Source: Octopus vulgaris (Eukaryota). From it: a DNA stretch of 64,000 nucleotides. The notes beneath the pieces were generated by a model. It saw only the letters and a list, made by a program, of their open reading frames with translations, searched no databases and was not told the DNA's origin. A program made the translations under genes and the position numbers. Below are positions 26,743 to 40,560 of the stretch, one piece after another (the stretch's first letter is position 1; every line of letters starts with the position of its first letter). The DNA is taken from assembly GCA_951406725.2 (NCBI GenBank), contig OX597838.1, forward strand, positions 13,206,001 to 13,270,000, written 5' to 3'.

Positions 26743-26904
26743 GTAAATATATATAATCTTCATCTTTTTCTTCTATTTACTCCCCCCCCCCCTTCTTTGT
26801 CTAGTCTTTCACGCGCTCTCTCTCTCTTTTTCCCTCTTATTTCACCTGTTTTTGTTTTCTTTCTCTTCGTTCATTTCTTTCATATAAGAAAATGTTTCTT
26901 GTAT

Positions 26905-27075
26905 AGGCGCAGGAGTGGCTGTGTGGTAAGTAGCTTGCTTACCAACCACATGGTTCTGGGTTCAGTCCCACTGCGTGGCACCTTAGGCAAGTGTCTTCTA
27001 CTATAGCCTCGGGCCGACCAAAGCCTTGTGAGTGGATTTGGTAGACGGAAACTGAAAGAAGCCCATCGTATATAT
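26905..27075 (+). mobile_element. SINE A, 5' half
   Basis: Family match. Confidence 0.85.
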
Positions 27076-27626
27076 ATATATATAGCTTTATGCAAGTATA
27101 TATGCTGAGAGACAACATATATATATATATGCAGTTATAGGCAACAATTGTATACACACACACACACACTTGCCATTTCTCTATATTTTCACTTTCAGTT
27201 TCCAATGCACCCCTTATTATAGGCACAACCTTTACAGTTTTCATACTCCAAATTCTTGCCATTTCAAATTTTAAGGGTTTGTATTTAAAAAATGTTGCGT
27301 CATCTTCTTGACAATCCTGGCATCAAAGGGACATGGTGAATCAATTAGAAGGCAGCTTCATTTTTCCTCATCTATTATTGTTATGTCTGGTTTATTATTA
27401 TTATTATTCTTATGGTGGCAGGATGGCAGAATCGTTAACGTGCCGGGTGAAATGTTTAGCGGTATTTCGTCTGTTGTTACGTGCTAAGTTCAAATTCTGC
27501 AGAGGTCAACTTTGCCTTTCATCCTTTCAAGGTCGATAAATTAAGTACCAGCCAAGTACTGGGGTCGATGTGATTGATTGTCCCCCTCTCCACAAAAATC
27601 CATGCCCAATGCCTATAGTAGAAAGG

Positions 27627-27657
27627 ATTATTATCATCATCATCATCATTATTATTG

Positions 27658-27703
<46 letters not shown>

Positions 27704-27920
27704 TATTATCATCATCATCATCATCATTATCATCATCATCATTATTATTATCATCATTATTATTATCATCATCATCATCATTATTATTATCATCATTATT
27801 ATCATCATCATTATCATCATTATTATCATTATCATCATTATCATTATCATTATCATCATTATTATCATCATCATCATTATTATTATCATCATTATTATCA
27901 TTATTGTTATTATTATCATT
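27627..27920. repeat. (ATC/ATT)n microsatellite directly before the last paxillin exon
   Basis: Seen directly. Confidence 0.95.
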
Positions 27921-27924
27921 GCAG

Positions 27925-28209
27925 CAATGCCAGGTGCCCTTTGGAAATACAAGTTTCTTCGACCATGATGGCCTGCCATACTGCGAACAGCATTACCATG
28001 CCAAACGAGGCTCCCTGTGTTCCGATTGCCAGCAGCCAATTACTGGGCCGAGCATCATAGCCATGGGTCGCAAGTTTCACCCAAAGCATTTCACGTGTGC
28101 CTTCTGTCGTAAACAACTGAACAACGTCACCTTTAAGGAACAGAATGAGAAACCCTACTGTCACCCCTGCTTCAGCAAACTCTTTGCCGGGACGAAGATG
28201 ATGGATTAA
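27925..28209 (+). CDS. PXN: Paxillin last coding exon: end of LIM3, LIM4, stop
   Basis: ttgcag|CAA; [35 protein letters not shown]...[11 protein letters not shown]...[18 protein letters not shown]. Confidence 0.94.
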   Translation, partial: QCQVPFGNTSFFDHDGLPYCEQHYHAKRGSLCSDCQQPITGPSIIAMGRKFHPKHFTCAFCRKQLNNVTFKEQNEKPYCHPCFSKLFAGTKMMD

Positions 28210-29605
28210 TGAAGAATTTAGGGATTTATTGATGGTTTGGGAGGTGGGGGGGTTGGAGAATTTAAAGAAGTTTGTGTCAATTCGTTTCTCTTTGAGATCT
28301 GATATTTAAATAAATAAATAAAATAAATATAAAATTTTCCCCTTCCCCGAAAATATATAAATAATGAGGGAAGGAAAGTGGGGGGTGGGGATTATATATA
28401 TATATATATAAAAAAAACAAAAAAATATTGATTTGCAATATTTGGAGTGTATACTCACATTTTACACATACACACACAAATGCATATACATATATATGCA
28501 CTTACATACATACATACGCTATAAGCCAACGTGTGTAAAATGAAAATGTATATATATATATAAATATATACGACTGTTGACTTACCAGCAACTGCTGGTA
28601 GGAGTGTAATTGGAGTGGTCTCCCCTTATACTGTCTTGAACGGAAACACGTGTAGGTGGACGCGTGTATGTGTGTAACTTTTCCATTTTGATTCCAAGAT
28701 AAAAAAAATTTTTTTAAATTATGTAAAAGAAAGCTAGAAGACAAAAAAAACACACAATGAACTAAAATCAACCACTCTCACACATGAACGCATTCAGTCA
28801 ATTATAAAAGTTACGTGCTATATTCACTTTATAAAAAGAGGTTCTGAACGAATGAAAAGGGGGGTGGGGTGCAAGACGATAGCAGGAGGTGTGGTAGGAG
28901 GAGGAAGAGGAGAAGAAGAAGAAGAAGAAGAATTTCTGAAACAAACAATGTCGGCGTGATTGCTATTTTGAATTTGTTGGGTTGGGGGTGGGGATGAGTC
29001 GGGTGGGCGCGGGTGGGTGAGGGTTGTCTTCATTACACAGCAGCAGCAGCAACAATGATGATTATAACATTTTTTTTTTTTTTTAAATTAAAATTTTCCC
29101 CCTGCTTATGGAAAATTATTCTACTTATTTGAATTTCTATCAAGACTGAAATACCATTCTTGACAATAATAATAATAATAAATAACAACAGACATTTCTA
29201 TGATAAACATAGATGGTTTCTTATATTACGAAGTGATTATGATTAAAAAAATATTTGCATGTATGTATGTGCATATATATATATGTATGTATATATATGT
29301 GTATATATATATGTGTATATATATATATGTATGTATATATATATGTGTGTGTATATATATATATATGTGTGTATATATATGTATATATATATATATATAT
29401 ATGTGTGTAATTGTATTCAGAAGCCAAAGCTTTTTGAATCTTAAATCTTTGTTTCATGTTGCCAACTTGTTCAAAGGATTTCCAAATGTTCAAAAATGTA
29501 ATGTGAAACTCTGAGTTAGAAGTCAAGATGATTCAGCTTACAACAGAATAGAACTATGCACTCATACACACAAACACACACACACTACATATATGTGTAT
29601 ATCTA

Positions 29606-29636
<31 letters not shown>

Positions 29637-31039
29637 GTACGCACATACATGCATGCATCTATATGCATACAAAGGTTACATACACAATAAAAAAATGCAA
29701 GAGTTTAAAAACAAAAGCCTTATACAAAAAAATACAATAATAACAATAATAATAATTGCTCCTAAAAAGGGGTAGTTGTTTTGTTTGGATATTTTTCTTG
29801 TTTGTTTGTTTTTTTCTTTTTGTTTTGTAGATTTATTTAGTCGGTCCTGGAGTTGGATTTATATTATATCATATTATACTATACTATATTATATTATATT
29901 TCAAAAATAAAATTAATATGATGGTTTTTACATATATTTTGTTTGGAGTGAATTATTCTTAACTTGTTGGAAAAAAAAAATTATGATAAATGAAAATATA
30001 ATTTTACAAGGTAGGGTTACAAGGTGTGACCCTCATCCTGTCTTAAGGTAAAAAGTTTGATTCCCAAACTTCTCACCACACAGCTATTTTTCTCTGCAAA
30101 AATTGCTGAACTCTTTGGTTTTGTAGATTTGCAATCTGCATGGTTTTCTCAATAGTGCTAGTGGCATGCAAAAGCACCCGGTATGCACTGTGAAGTGATC
30201 GGCATTAGGAAGGGCATCCAGCCACAGAAACCATGTCAAAGCAAACACTCAAACACAATGCAGTCCTGGGGCACATTGGGTCTTTGTCAAACGATCCAAT
30301 CCATGCCAGCATGAAATATGGACAATAAATGGTGATGATGATATAGTGTTTTTCACAGTTGATTGTGTTTTCACACTTGTCAATTCATAGAAATTTCTCC
30401 AGGGATTACTTAAATGTGTTGGATATGACTTTATATGAATATATTTTACCCAACACTACTTTGTGTGGCTTTATGTATTCAATGCTTGCCTGACAAAGCT
30501 TTATGCACATCAGTATATGCACAATATGCTATTATAATATATATAAATGAATTTGTTCTTACTGGGCTGTGAATGACAGATTTGTTCTTCTTAGTTGACA
30601 ATGCAAAACAACATAGAAAGACGTGCATCTTATTCATAGCCCAATGTGTTTTCATACATGTTGAGGAGAATTTTTTCCTGGAACTATTTGCACAATGGAA
30701 AGTTTTCCACATTTGGGTGTGCTTGAGCATGTAAATACAATGAGTGTATACACACACACACGGTTTGTGGATTAACTATGCTGTTGATAATTTTATCCAA
30801 AATGGACTCAGTTACTGACACCCTAAAGTGGAATGAATGGCTGAAGAATTGTGAATTTTTACCCATATGAAACCAGCACTATTGATCCACACATAAAGAA
30901 TATTTAGCCACCAAATGTAGTTTTAATCACTCATTCTCACTGTTCAATTCTATCTATCTATCTACCTATCTATCTCTTTGTCTCTCTGTCTGCCTGTCTC
31001 TGTTTATCTGCCTATCCATGTATCTGTCTGCCTGCCTGA

Positions 31040-34000
31040 TCCCTACATACCTTGGTCATAGGGCCACAAAAATTAAAATCAAAGATGTGCCTCCTGAGAT
31101 ACAAATAACATGGCTTGTGTCTGCCATTTGTTATGATACTGAGGAGGCTATCCACATCTTAGAAATCACTGTCTTAGACCAGCAAAATTGGATTGCTCAA
31201 GGAGTAGAAATCCTTGCTCAAGTTGATCCAATCAGTATTGAAATTATTCCACATCTCATCAAACTGGCAGACGGTTCGAATTTACATGAGGCTGTCGAAG
31301 GCAGAAAGCCACATTGCTATGTTTATGGTAGCAAACTACACTTAAAAATTAATTGCCCATTAGCACAGAAACAACAACCACAACAAGTAAACCAAAAACC
31401 AAGAATAAAAAACAGCTCTGCTACCCACACCACCATATGCACAACTGATAAAACAGCTCTACCAACAAATGAAAGAACATCAGCAAACAACAAACCAGCT
31501 CAACTAATGGCATCCTCATCAGCGCCTCCAAGAACAGAAACAACAACACCACCACCAACAACAACAACTCCAAAGAAAGAAGAGAAAAACAAAAGGACTC
31601 ATACTCCACCCTCCAAAACCCATATACCACACACCAACCAACACCGATAACAAAATCAACATTAAATAGACCCCATTTCCTGGGAATGGCTCAACCTTTA
31701 CATTAAATAGACCCCAACACCCTTTCCCTTCCACAAAGGATTGGCAAGTGACCACAGGGGGAAGGAGAAAAAGGGGGGAAAAGAATAGAGAAACAAACAA
31801 ACAAAGCAGGAAGGTTTACCACCCCTGAAACCAAAAAACCCGCAGAAAACAAAAGCATTAACACAAACACCAAATGGCCCCACAATGTTGACAGCTATAA
31901 ACACTAATAATTCAGACTGAATGGAATACATTAAGTCAAACACCAACATAGCAGAAAACGATATCAAAACAAATAATCACCCACGCACAACACATTAAAA
32001 TCATGCATATAACACAGGACATACACAACACACTGAAATCTCTCTACCCTGATGCAGTAGGGAGATTTCAAAAATACCTGTCTAAAAAACTACAAAACAC
32101 TTCTGGGAGAAGACTGAGGTGGAGGACAAACAACTTTCAAACACCGAGTGACTCTCTCTCTTTTTCATCTTTCTTTCGTGTGAAAAACACAACTTTTGAT
32201 AGGAGCATGCTCAGAATAGGTTTTTATAAATGTACGTGGCTTGGGGTTGCCTTGGAAACAAGGCTACCTGTCATTTAACAGTCACAGAATGTGCATATCA
32301 TAGTCATCAGTGAGACCAGACTCCACAACCAGTAGGCCCTCCAGCACATGTTCGGTGGACATTTTAACATTTGTTTTTCTCCTTGTCTGCTGAGAATGGG
32401 TGGAGGTAGTACCACGGTGCTTCTTCGGAAGGGTATGGGCCTCAAAGTAAGAGCAATATTCCTAGACCCAGAGGGTAGGCTGGTCGTCTTGGATGTCGAT
32501 GGCAGTAATGGGTGTGCTTTTCGACTGGTAACAGTTTATGCACTGTCCTTAACAGGTCGGCTAGATTACTTTTGATGTCTAGAGGTTTTCCTGGGAACAG
32601 CTCAACCGTTACTTTTAGTGGGGGATTGGAACACTACCTTGGACACGTATCTAGACTGCTTGGGTAGAGATAGTAATAGGAGGAGATGTAAATTCCTCAA
32701 AGACCTGCTCAGACGTTTCCAACTGTCTGGACCATGTGCCAATGTGGACATGGTGCAACCGCATCAGATTGTTCAGATCATATTTAGATAGAGTATTCTG
32801 TAGGACAGTGTAGGTTGTCCACAATTCCATATAGTCAGCTACACGGATCACAAATTTGTGACTTGTATGCTTGACTTAGAGAAGAGCCACATGCAAGGCC
32901 CTAGTTAATGGAAGCTGAATGCGTCGTTCACAGGATGCCAGGCTTAGAGGGACTGGATTAGCACATTAGGTTAAAAGAGCATTGACAGGCGCCATCGTCA
33001 ACAAGAGATGGTGGTTTGCCCTAAAGAAAGCAATTAAAGCAGAATTGGTTAGGTATAGTAAGGCTCTAGCATTAGACTGAAATAGAATAGAGGGAGACCT
33101 AGATAAGAAATTAGAAGAGGCGCTTAGAGCTGGCATCGTGTCCAACGTACTGGTGGCAAGGTTGGCTCTTGACCAACACTTCAATACCGGACATGAAGGA
33201 TGCATTGTCAGAGCTAGGATACGTGCTCTGAGGAATGAAGGGGTTGGAGCCACCCCAGTGGTGGAGGCATAACAAGGCAACAAAGCCACCATTAGGTCTC
33301 TGACAGAAGAACAAGAGCGCAAATTACTTGAGCCCAAAAGGATGTGTGAGGCCTTTCAACAACACTTTGCCTGACTGTTTGGGACAACTAGTGGGTCAGA
33401 ACACAGGGTGGACTTTAGTGCCTACCTGCTTGGCCTGCCACAAGTCTTGGCAAGAGAGGCAGAGTGTTGTGGAAGACCCATCACAGCCACAGACGTATGG
33501 GATGCGATGGCAGGCTGCACAGGAGACAAGTTGCCAGGCTCAGATAGTCTGCCCTATGAACTCTATTGTCATATGCCAGACTTGTTTGGAGGTGTCTTGA
33601 CAGCTGTCTACTGCAGCTGGCAGCAAAACGGGAGTATTTCCATTTCTGTGAAGTGAGGAGCAGTGGCACTGCTAAAGAAAAATTCAAACAAGGGGAACGT
33701 CATAGATAACTTCAGGCCCATCACTCTGTTCAATGCAGATTTGAAGTTTTTGGCCAAGGTGCTAGCTGAGAGGTTGGCACTTGTCATTGAGAAACTGGTT
33801 GACAAGGCACAAACATGCACTGTGCCGGGCAAGAGTATCCATGATAACCAGCATCTGATGTGCTACCTCATAGAGAAGATAGTTAAGGAACCTGGCATTG
33901 GTGGGGCACTGATCAATTTGGATCAATCAAAAGCTTTTGATAGGGTCAACCATCCCTACTTGAAGGCTGTCCTTAGAGAGGGTGGTTTCAGTCCTGTTTT

Positions 34001-34588
34001 AAACAGAGGCATCCGCTTGGTAGTTCGCTGTCCAGACCATTTAACATCACACGTTCGGTCCATCAAGGATGCCCCCTCTCCTCGCTTCTGTACGTATTGA
34101 CTCTGGAGCCACTAATGCAGAAGCTGGCGATGCTGAGGGTCATCCCACGAGAAGTGGTATTTGGGAGGAGTGTGTCTGCATACGTGGATGATGTCACCGT
34201 AATAGTGTCGAGCCGCAGGCATATCGACCCGATTGGCAAGACACTAAAAGAATACGGAGCAGTAACGAGAGTAAAAATTAACTAGGAAAACTCAGTGGGC
34301 TTGCAGCTCGGCACCTGGAGAAGGAAACCTATGCCATTCAACAGTGTCTTCATCATGGGACGCTGGACCAACAGACAGGTTAAATTGCTCGGGGTCTGGT
34401 TCAGTTCGGAGCTCCAAATGGATAAGAACTGGGACAAGATAATGAGTAGGGTGGCTACTCTCATCCAGCAATGGGCTGAGAAGAAGCTATCCCCAAAAGG
34501 CCTTCCTCTTTTTTCTCTTTTGAAAAGAAAAGCTCTACATTGTATTTTATCCCCTCTGTGTTCGGCCATGTGTGGCTAATAAAGAAAG
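31040..34588 (+). mobile_element. Decayed Tx1/L1-like LINE (ORF1 remnant, APE endonuclease, RT)
   Basis: ORF1 with EGRKPHC..H....CP; endonuclease fragments (DPEGRLVVLDV); RT motifs FRPITLFNADLK, INLDQSKAFDRV, SAYVDDVT; many stops; ends in AATAAAGAAA; flanked by (TATC)/(TGTC) repeats. Confidence 0.88.
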
Positions 34589-36790
34589 ATATCTATCCAT
34601 CTATCTATCTAATTATCCCTCTATGTAATTATCTATCTAATTATCCATCTATTTAATTATCTATCTAATTATCCATCTATTTAATTATCTAGCTAATTAT
34701 CCATCTATTTAATTATCCATCCATCCATCCATTTAATTATCTATCCATCCATCTATCTATTTAATTATCTATCTACCTACCTGCCTGTCTGTCTGTCTGT
34801 CTGTCTGTCTAGCTAGCTAGCCAACTGTTGTTCACCGAGTTCCATTAATGACACTTGTATATAATAATGTTTTGTTTTTTTTGTTTTTTTTAAATGCTCA
34901 ATCATTAGTAAGCATTCCCCAGTGGATCAAGCACAAATTGAAGGTAGCTGTCTTGGTGCCTAAATGTCGAATGCTCACATCCCTCTCTAACAGTTGGATA
35001 TCAGTTTGGTAGAGTGTCAATCATTAGCACTTACGTTTTATAGATGTTTAATGGAGAGTAATATGAACAACAGTTGCTTTTGGGGATAGCCTGGGTCCCT
35101 ATGAAGGATAATATGTACAGCTTTTTTCGAAGACATTTCAGATTCGGAACTATAAATATTAGGTCGCGCGCGCGCACAACACAAGGGAAATAACCATTGC
35201 AATAATTCTTAAAGGATTACGTCCCTTTATGAAAATTCATTTATCCTTTTTGTACCATTTGTTCCAGTATGGAATCTTGCGTAACGTCTCGCTCATGTTC
35301 AAGAAATGGGTCTACTACGTCTCTATCTTATTTTATCTGCAGTGGAATAATCGCTAGGATTCAGCATGAAACCATTAGGAATTACAACCGTGTTTCGTGG
35401 TCTGCTACCACAACATCTCCTTTATAGGATCCAGTTAGCTCAAGACATCATCAGGAGGAACCACGTCTGGTTTCGGCCCCTACTCATCTACTGTTTTGAC
35501 GTCCCCCCCCCTTTCGGAGGTGTCTTCAGCTCTGGTGTTGGGTGCATGTCTTCTTTCTTCTGTTCCCTGGCCTCTTCGGTGTATCGTCAGCGAGTGTCAG
35601 CCGGTGACTGACTGTCTTGTCAAATTTTTCCCTTAAAAAAACCCACCTATTATTCTATATCTAAAACCATGTAGCCTGTATATACTGGCCCACAGCCCCG
35701 TCTCGAACCTGCTGCAGTGTAACTTATCAGCGATTAGATTGTAATCGACTGGCCCCTCCCGCGAAATCACTGGACATGCCGAGCAAAATGCTTAATGGCA
35801 TTTTGTCCATCTTACGTTCTGGGTTCAAATTCTGCCGAGGTCGACTTTGCCTTTCCTCCTTTCGCAGTCGATGTAATCGATTTATCCCCACCCCCCACCA
35901 AATTGCTACCTTTGTGGTAAAATTTATAACTATTACTATTGTTGTTGTTATTTGAAGGCGGCGAGCTGACAGAATAGTTAGCGGCATTTCGTCTATCTTT
36001 ATGTTCTGAGTTCAAAATCTGCTGAGGTCGACTTTGCCTTTCATCCTTTTGGAATCGATAAATTAAGTACCAGTGAAACATTGAGGTCGAAGTTATTGAG
36101 TAGTCCCCTCCCCCAAATCTTAGGCCTTGTGCCTTTATTATTATCATTATTATTATTATCATTATTATTATTATTATTTATTGAGTGAGAGAGCAGTGCA
36201 TGTCATCAAAGTGAAGCCCAGTATACCCATCATGACTACCCGTCTGATAAGGGTACATCAGGTACATGTATCACAACAATATGTGCACAACATGGTGGTC
36301 TTATATCAAGATAAACAGTACATGACCTTGCAGGTTGGGGCCCAGTTAGAATTTTTTTCGGGTTGAGTAGCCCATCCCACTCAGAAGGTCCCTGAATAAG
36401 GTTTGTTTAAGGATGATGAATGAAACACCCGTGTTTCCAGAGGTGAATTATCCAAACCCCAAAGAATCCCTCTCAACACATGGCTATGATGCTACCCCAC
36501 TACTTCTTCTCGTGATCAGAGATGCACATATCGTCAGCTACCAAGGAACATGCTCAGCTGGTTACGGTCAAACAACTGACAAACAAATCTGTGGTATTGA
36601 GCAGAATATTTGCTGTAGCCCATCTTTTATACCAAGACAAAACAATGTACATGAAACAATACCAAGGAAGGAAACACAAAGGAGGGTAGCTGTATCGAAC
36701 TCCTTCCTTCACCAAAAGCCAATTACATGGAGTTGAGCAAGTAAAAGATGATTATACTAGCAGTGCCCGAGCATGGCCGCGGCCCCAGGT

Positions 36791-36906
36791 CTACCAAATC
36801 CACTCACAAGGCTTTGGTCGGTCCGAGGCTATAGTAGAAGACACTTGACCAAGGTGCCACGCAGTGGGACTGAACACAGAACCATGTGGTTGGGAAGCAG
36901 GCTTCT
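36791..36906 (-). mobile_element. SINE A head fragment, cut by the ORF1-only elements
   Basis: Stops abruptly at GGAAGCAGGCTTCT. Confidence 0.8.
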
Positions 36907-39139
36907 TTATTTCATTACATTTGCCATAAAGGCAGTACATAGAGTAAAGTAGCTTTGCGGGCTGGACAAGGACATTAATGAAATGAATGATAATGAAAGA
37001 AAGATGATAAGGATGGGAGAAGACAAAAAGCGCCCGCCGACTTCTGCTTCTCTAAAACATCGTTCTTTAAAACCAAACACAAAACGAGGTATTAAACCTC
37101 TTACAACTTTTGGACTTAACAAACAACATAGTTCAATAATTACATATATATAAATACAATACACAAAGCCCCTCCTCCCAGACCTGGCTTACGCTTCCCT
37201 CAGGCAATGCACCAGCTCTAGGTCGGGGCCCCAGAAGGCGTATCTAAACATGTCCTTTGAGAAGGTGTTCATTACCCTGACCATAGCGACATCCGATATG
37301 ATCTTCGTAGTCACCTGCGAAGACCACTCCTCGTCCTCTGTCCAGGGCATGGGCTCCTCCCTCTGGGAAGCAAGTTTCTTTGTTTTATCAAACATCAAAT
37401 ATACATTATCACTTTTCCCTTTCTCCTCTTTCCGGGGACCCCAGTCAAATATCTAGCCGCCTGCAGAGCAGACCACGTTGACAGCCGGGAGTTCAGAAAT
37501 AAGGCGAAGTGCCTATTATCAAATGTTTGTGTCACACAGTGCCACAATTTATAATTCACCCTCAACATAACTTGTGCCCACATCCTCCACGCATCTTTCA
37601 AGATCGAATCAAGTTCCGTATCAGCGATATTCCTCATTGAGCCCCTTCAGCCTAAACGTCTCGTCAAACGTTATGGCCTCCACAGCTATCTGCAGAGGCC
37701 ATTTGGGATCCTGTGTGAAGGCTAAAGGTGCTCCCTTATGGTGCTTTTCCACCACCTTTTCAACCTCTCGACCTCTATAGAAGAAGATCAATAATTCGTC
37801 TTCCTCCGGGGGCGGGATATTCAATTCTTCCGTTGGCGGCACAGTACCCGCCAACGGTGTTTCTTCTCCTGCCGGTGGCACAACCCCAACCGACGTAGTT
37901 CCAGGATATTCCGGTATTAAGGCACCGACTGCCGGAAATGTTCCGTTTCTCTTCCTCTTTTTTTTTTCTTTTCAACTGAGGAAGGGTGCGTCTCCTCCGT
38001 GACCGGGAGATTCGCCTTCCCCTCCTCATCTCTAGGATCCTTCGGTGAGCACCCATTGTTGCTCACCTTCTTCCTCCTTCGGCCCCTGTTTGAGGAGTCC
38101 TCCGCCTCCTCGGCCGCTTTCATTCCCTCTTCTACAGAGGTCTCACTCAACAGCTCCGGGATCTTATTTTGTTCCTGGGGACAGTTTTTCTTTATATGGC
38201 CGGACTCCAGGCACCGATGACACCTGGGGGAGAGCGACCCTCAAATAGCAACCACACCGTTGCGTATTTGACACCCCTGGAAATGAATTTAATTGTTGGC
38301 AAATGCTCTGCCAACTCCTTTTCAATTGCCGTCTTTTCGAATAGGGCGATGGTGTAGCATGACTTGGAGTAGGTTCTCAACACCATCGTCCCATCTTCAC
38401 GGTCTTTCAACTTTTTGGGCAGTATAATCTCCCTCTCCAAAACTTTGTTTTTTTTTCATTGCCACCCCACCCCTTTTTTTTTGAAAATATTTTCAAAATA
38501 AAACTTAAAAAGAGAGAAGTAAAAAGAAATCAAAAGAAAGTCACAATAAACAAAAAGGAGAAAGTCAAATAAAGTTTAGAAGAAAGAAAGTCAATAGTTC
38601 AGAAACACAGCAAAAAAAAAAAATCTTCCAGCCATTCGGTACTCCCGGCTTAGGTTGAACCCGGAACGCCACAACTGGAACACAACTTCCACAAAAATTG
38701 ATATACAAATTGTTCAATCTTCGGAGGCAAAGACACTCGCCTAAACAGTAGTTCTCACAATTATTTTAAAATTCTTCAAAAGGCACAATACTCCTCCAAG
38801 CAACAATTAAGTGAGAAAATATTCCTCCAAGCAATAAATAAGTGAGAAAAATATTCACTCAACATAAACCGAAGACGAATACGCCCCTAAACAAAAATTC
38901 TCACAATTCAGCGAGAAAAAATATTCTCTTCATGCAAGCAGAACCAGAATTCTGAATCCAGTAGGACTTCCTGCCTGTACAAAAACAATTCTCAACAAAA
39001 ATTCCCACTGGACCCCCACCAAAAAAAAACAGAATCTTACCTTGCAATGGAGCTTCAAAATTTTTCAATTCGAGACGGCTTCCAAAGCATGTCTCATCGC
39101 TTTGGTGCCAAACACCACAATAATTCGCACATGCGCAGT
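36907..39139 (-). mobile_element. ORF1-only non-autonomous LINE derivative (HAL1-like), copy 1
   Basis: 2.2 kb; broken ORF1 38440->37189 with CCHC knuckle CHRCLESGHIKKNC; no EN/RT seen; ends AATAAAGAA; TSD GGAAGCA(G/A)GCTTCT at 36893-36906 and 39140-39153. Confidence 0.7.
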
Positions 39140-39153
39140 GGAAGCAAGCTTCT

Positions 39154-40560
39154 TTATTTTATTAAATTTGCCACAAGGGCAGCACACAGAGAGAAGCTTG
39201 TGGGCTGGACACAGACATTAATGGGACGAATGACAATGATACAAGGATGATAAGGATGGGAGAAGAAGAAAAGCGCCTGCCGACTTTCGCTTCTCTAAAA
39301 CATTGTTCTTTTTTTTCTTTTTTAAACACACAATGAAGCGATAAACCTCTTACATAGTTCAGACGTGGAGGCGCAATGGCCCAGTGGTTAGGGCAGCGGA
39401 CTCGCGGTCGTAGGATCGTGGTTTCGATTCCCAGACCGGGCGTTGTGAGTGTTTATTGAGCGAAAACACCTAAAAAAGCTCCACGAGGCTCCGGCAGGGG
39501 ATGGTGGTGATCCCTGCTGTACTCTTTCACCACAACTTTCTCTCACTCTTTCTTCCTGTTTCTGTTGTACCCGTATTCCAAAGGGGCCGGCCTTGTCACT
39601 CTCTGTGTCACGCTGAATATCCCCGAGAACGACGTTAAGGGTACACGTGTCTGTGGAGTGCTCAGCCACTTACACGTTAATTTCACGAGCAGGCTGTTCC
39701 GTTGATTCGGATCAACCGGAACCCTCGTCGTCGTAACCGATGGAGTGCTTCCATCCACATAGTTCAGAATTAAAAACATACACGAGGCAACAATCCTCTA
39801 ACTTTTTACATTTTACAGAGTCGTTTTGAGGTAATACACCTCTTACACAATTGTCCCACATTTCAATTTTTCTGTCAGGCCAGGCTCCTCGCTTCATTGA
39901 AGCATGTAGTCGGTTCCAAGCCGGACCACTTGGCCATATATCTAAAGGAGTCAGCTGGGAAGGAATTCATTATCCTGCACGGATCGTTACCCCATATGAC
40001 CTCCGCAGTCACCTGCAAAGGCCACTCAGGGTCCTCCATGCGGGACAGAAGGACCCTCCCACCGGCCCTTCCTTAACAATTTTCCTAATCGAATTTTGTA
40101 ATGTCCCTCCCTTATGGAAGAGGACTACAAATTCCTCCCCCAGCGGCTCATCCGCCGAAGAAGCATCGGGACATTGCCGGCAGCGTGTCACAATGTCCCG
40201 TTTTTCTTTTTTCTTTTTTTTTTTCCCCTTGGACCGCGGGAGAGTGGGGTCCCTTTGCTGTGTCCAGCAGGTTCTCCCTTCATCCCGCAGCCCTCGGGTC
40301 CTTCGGTGGGCAACCCACCTTTCGCTTTCGTTTTTTCGAGGAGGTTTCCACCTCCTCGACATCCTCCTCCTTCTCTCCCGCCAATAAGGGAGCAGGGAGT
40401 GATGCCCCTATTAACTGCTCTAGGACCCTATTTTAGTCATTGGGGCAGTTTTTCTTGATGTGGCCGGTTTCTAGGCACAGGTGACATTTGGCGGGGGTGG
40501 GGCGTCCCTCGAGCATCACCAGACTTTCGGCTGATTGGGTCCATAGGGTCAAAACAGCTT
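39154..40560 (-). mobile_element. Related ORF1-only element, copy 2 (5' truncated)
   Basis: 3' ~200 bp homologous to copy 1; knuckle CHLCLETGHIKKNC near 40445-40490; interrupted by a SINE. Confidence 0.65.
39364..39756 (+). mobile_element. Young tRNA-derived SINE (family C)
   Basis: A box TGGCCCAGTGG, B-box-like GGTTTCGATTCC; 12-bp TSD ACATAGTTCAGA at 39352-39363 and 39757-39768; an older relative at ~14805-15555 is split by a CR1 fragment. Confidence 0.85.

Noticed and set aside
39366-39440. tRNA gene
   Set aside because: tRNA-like head continues into a SINE body with a TSD
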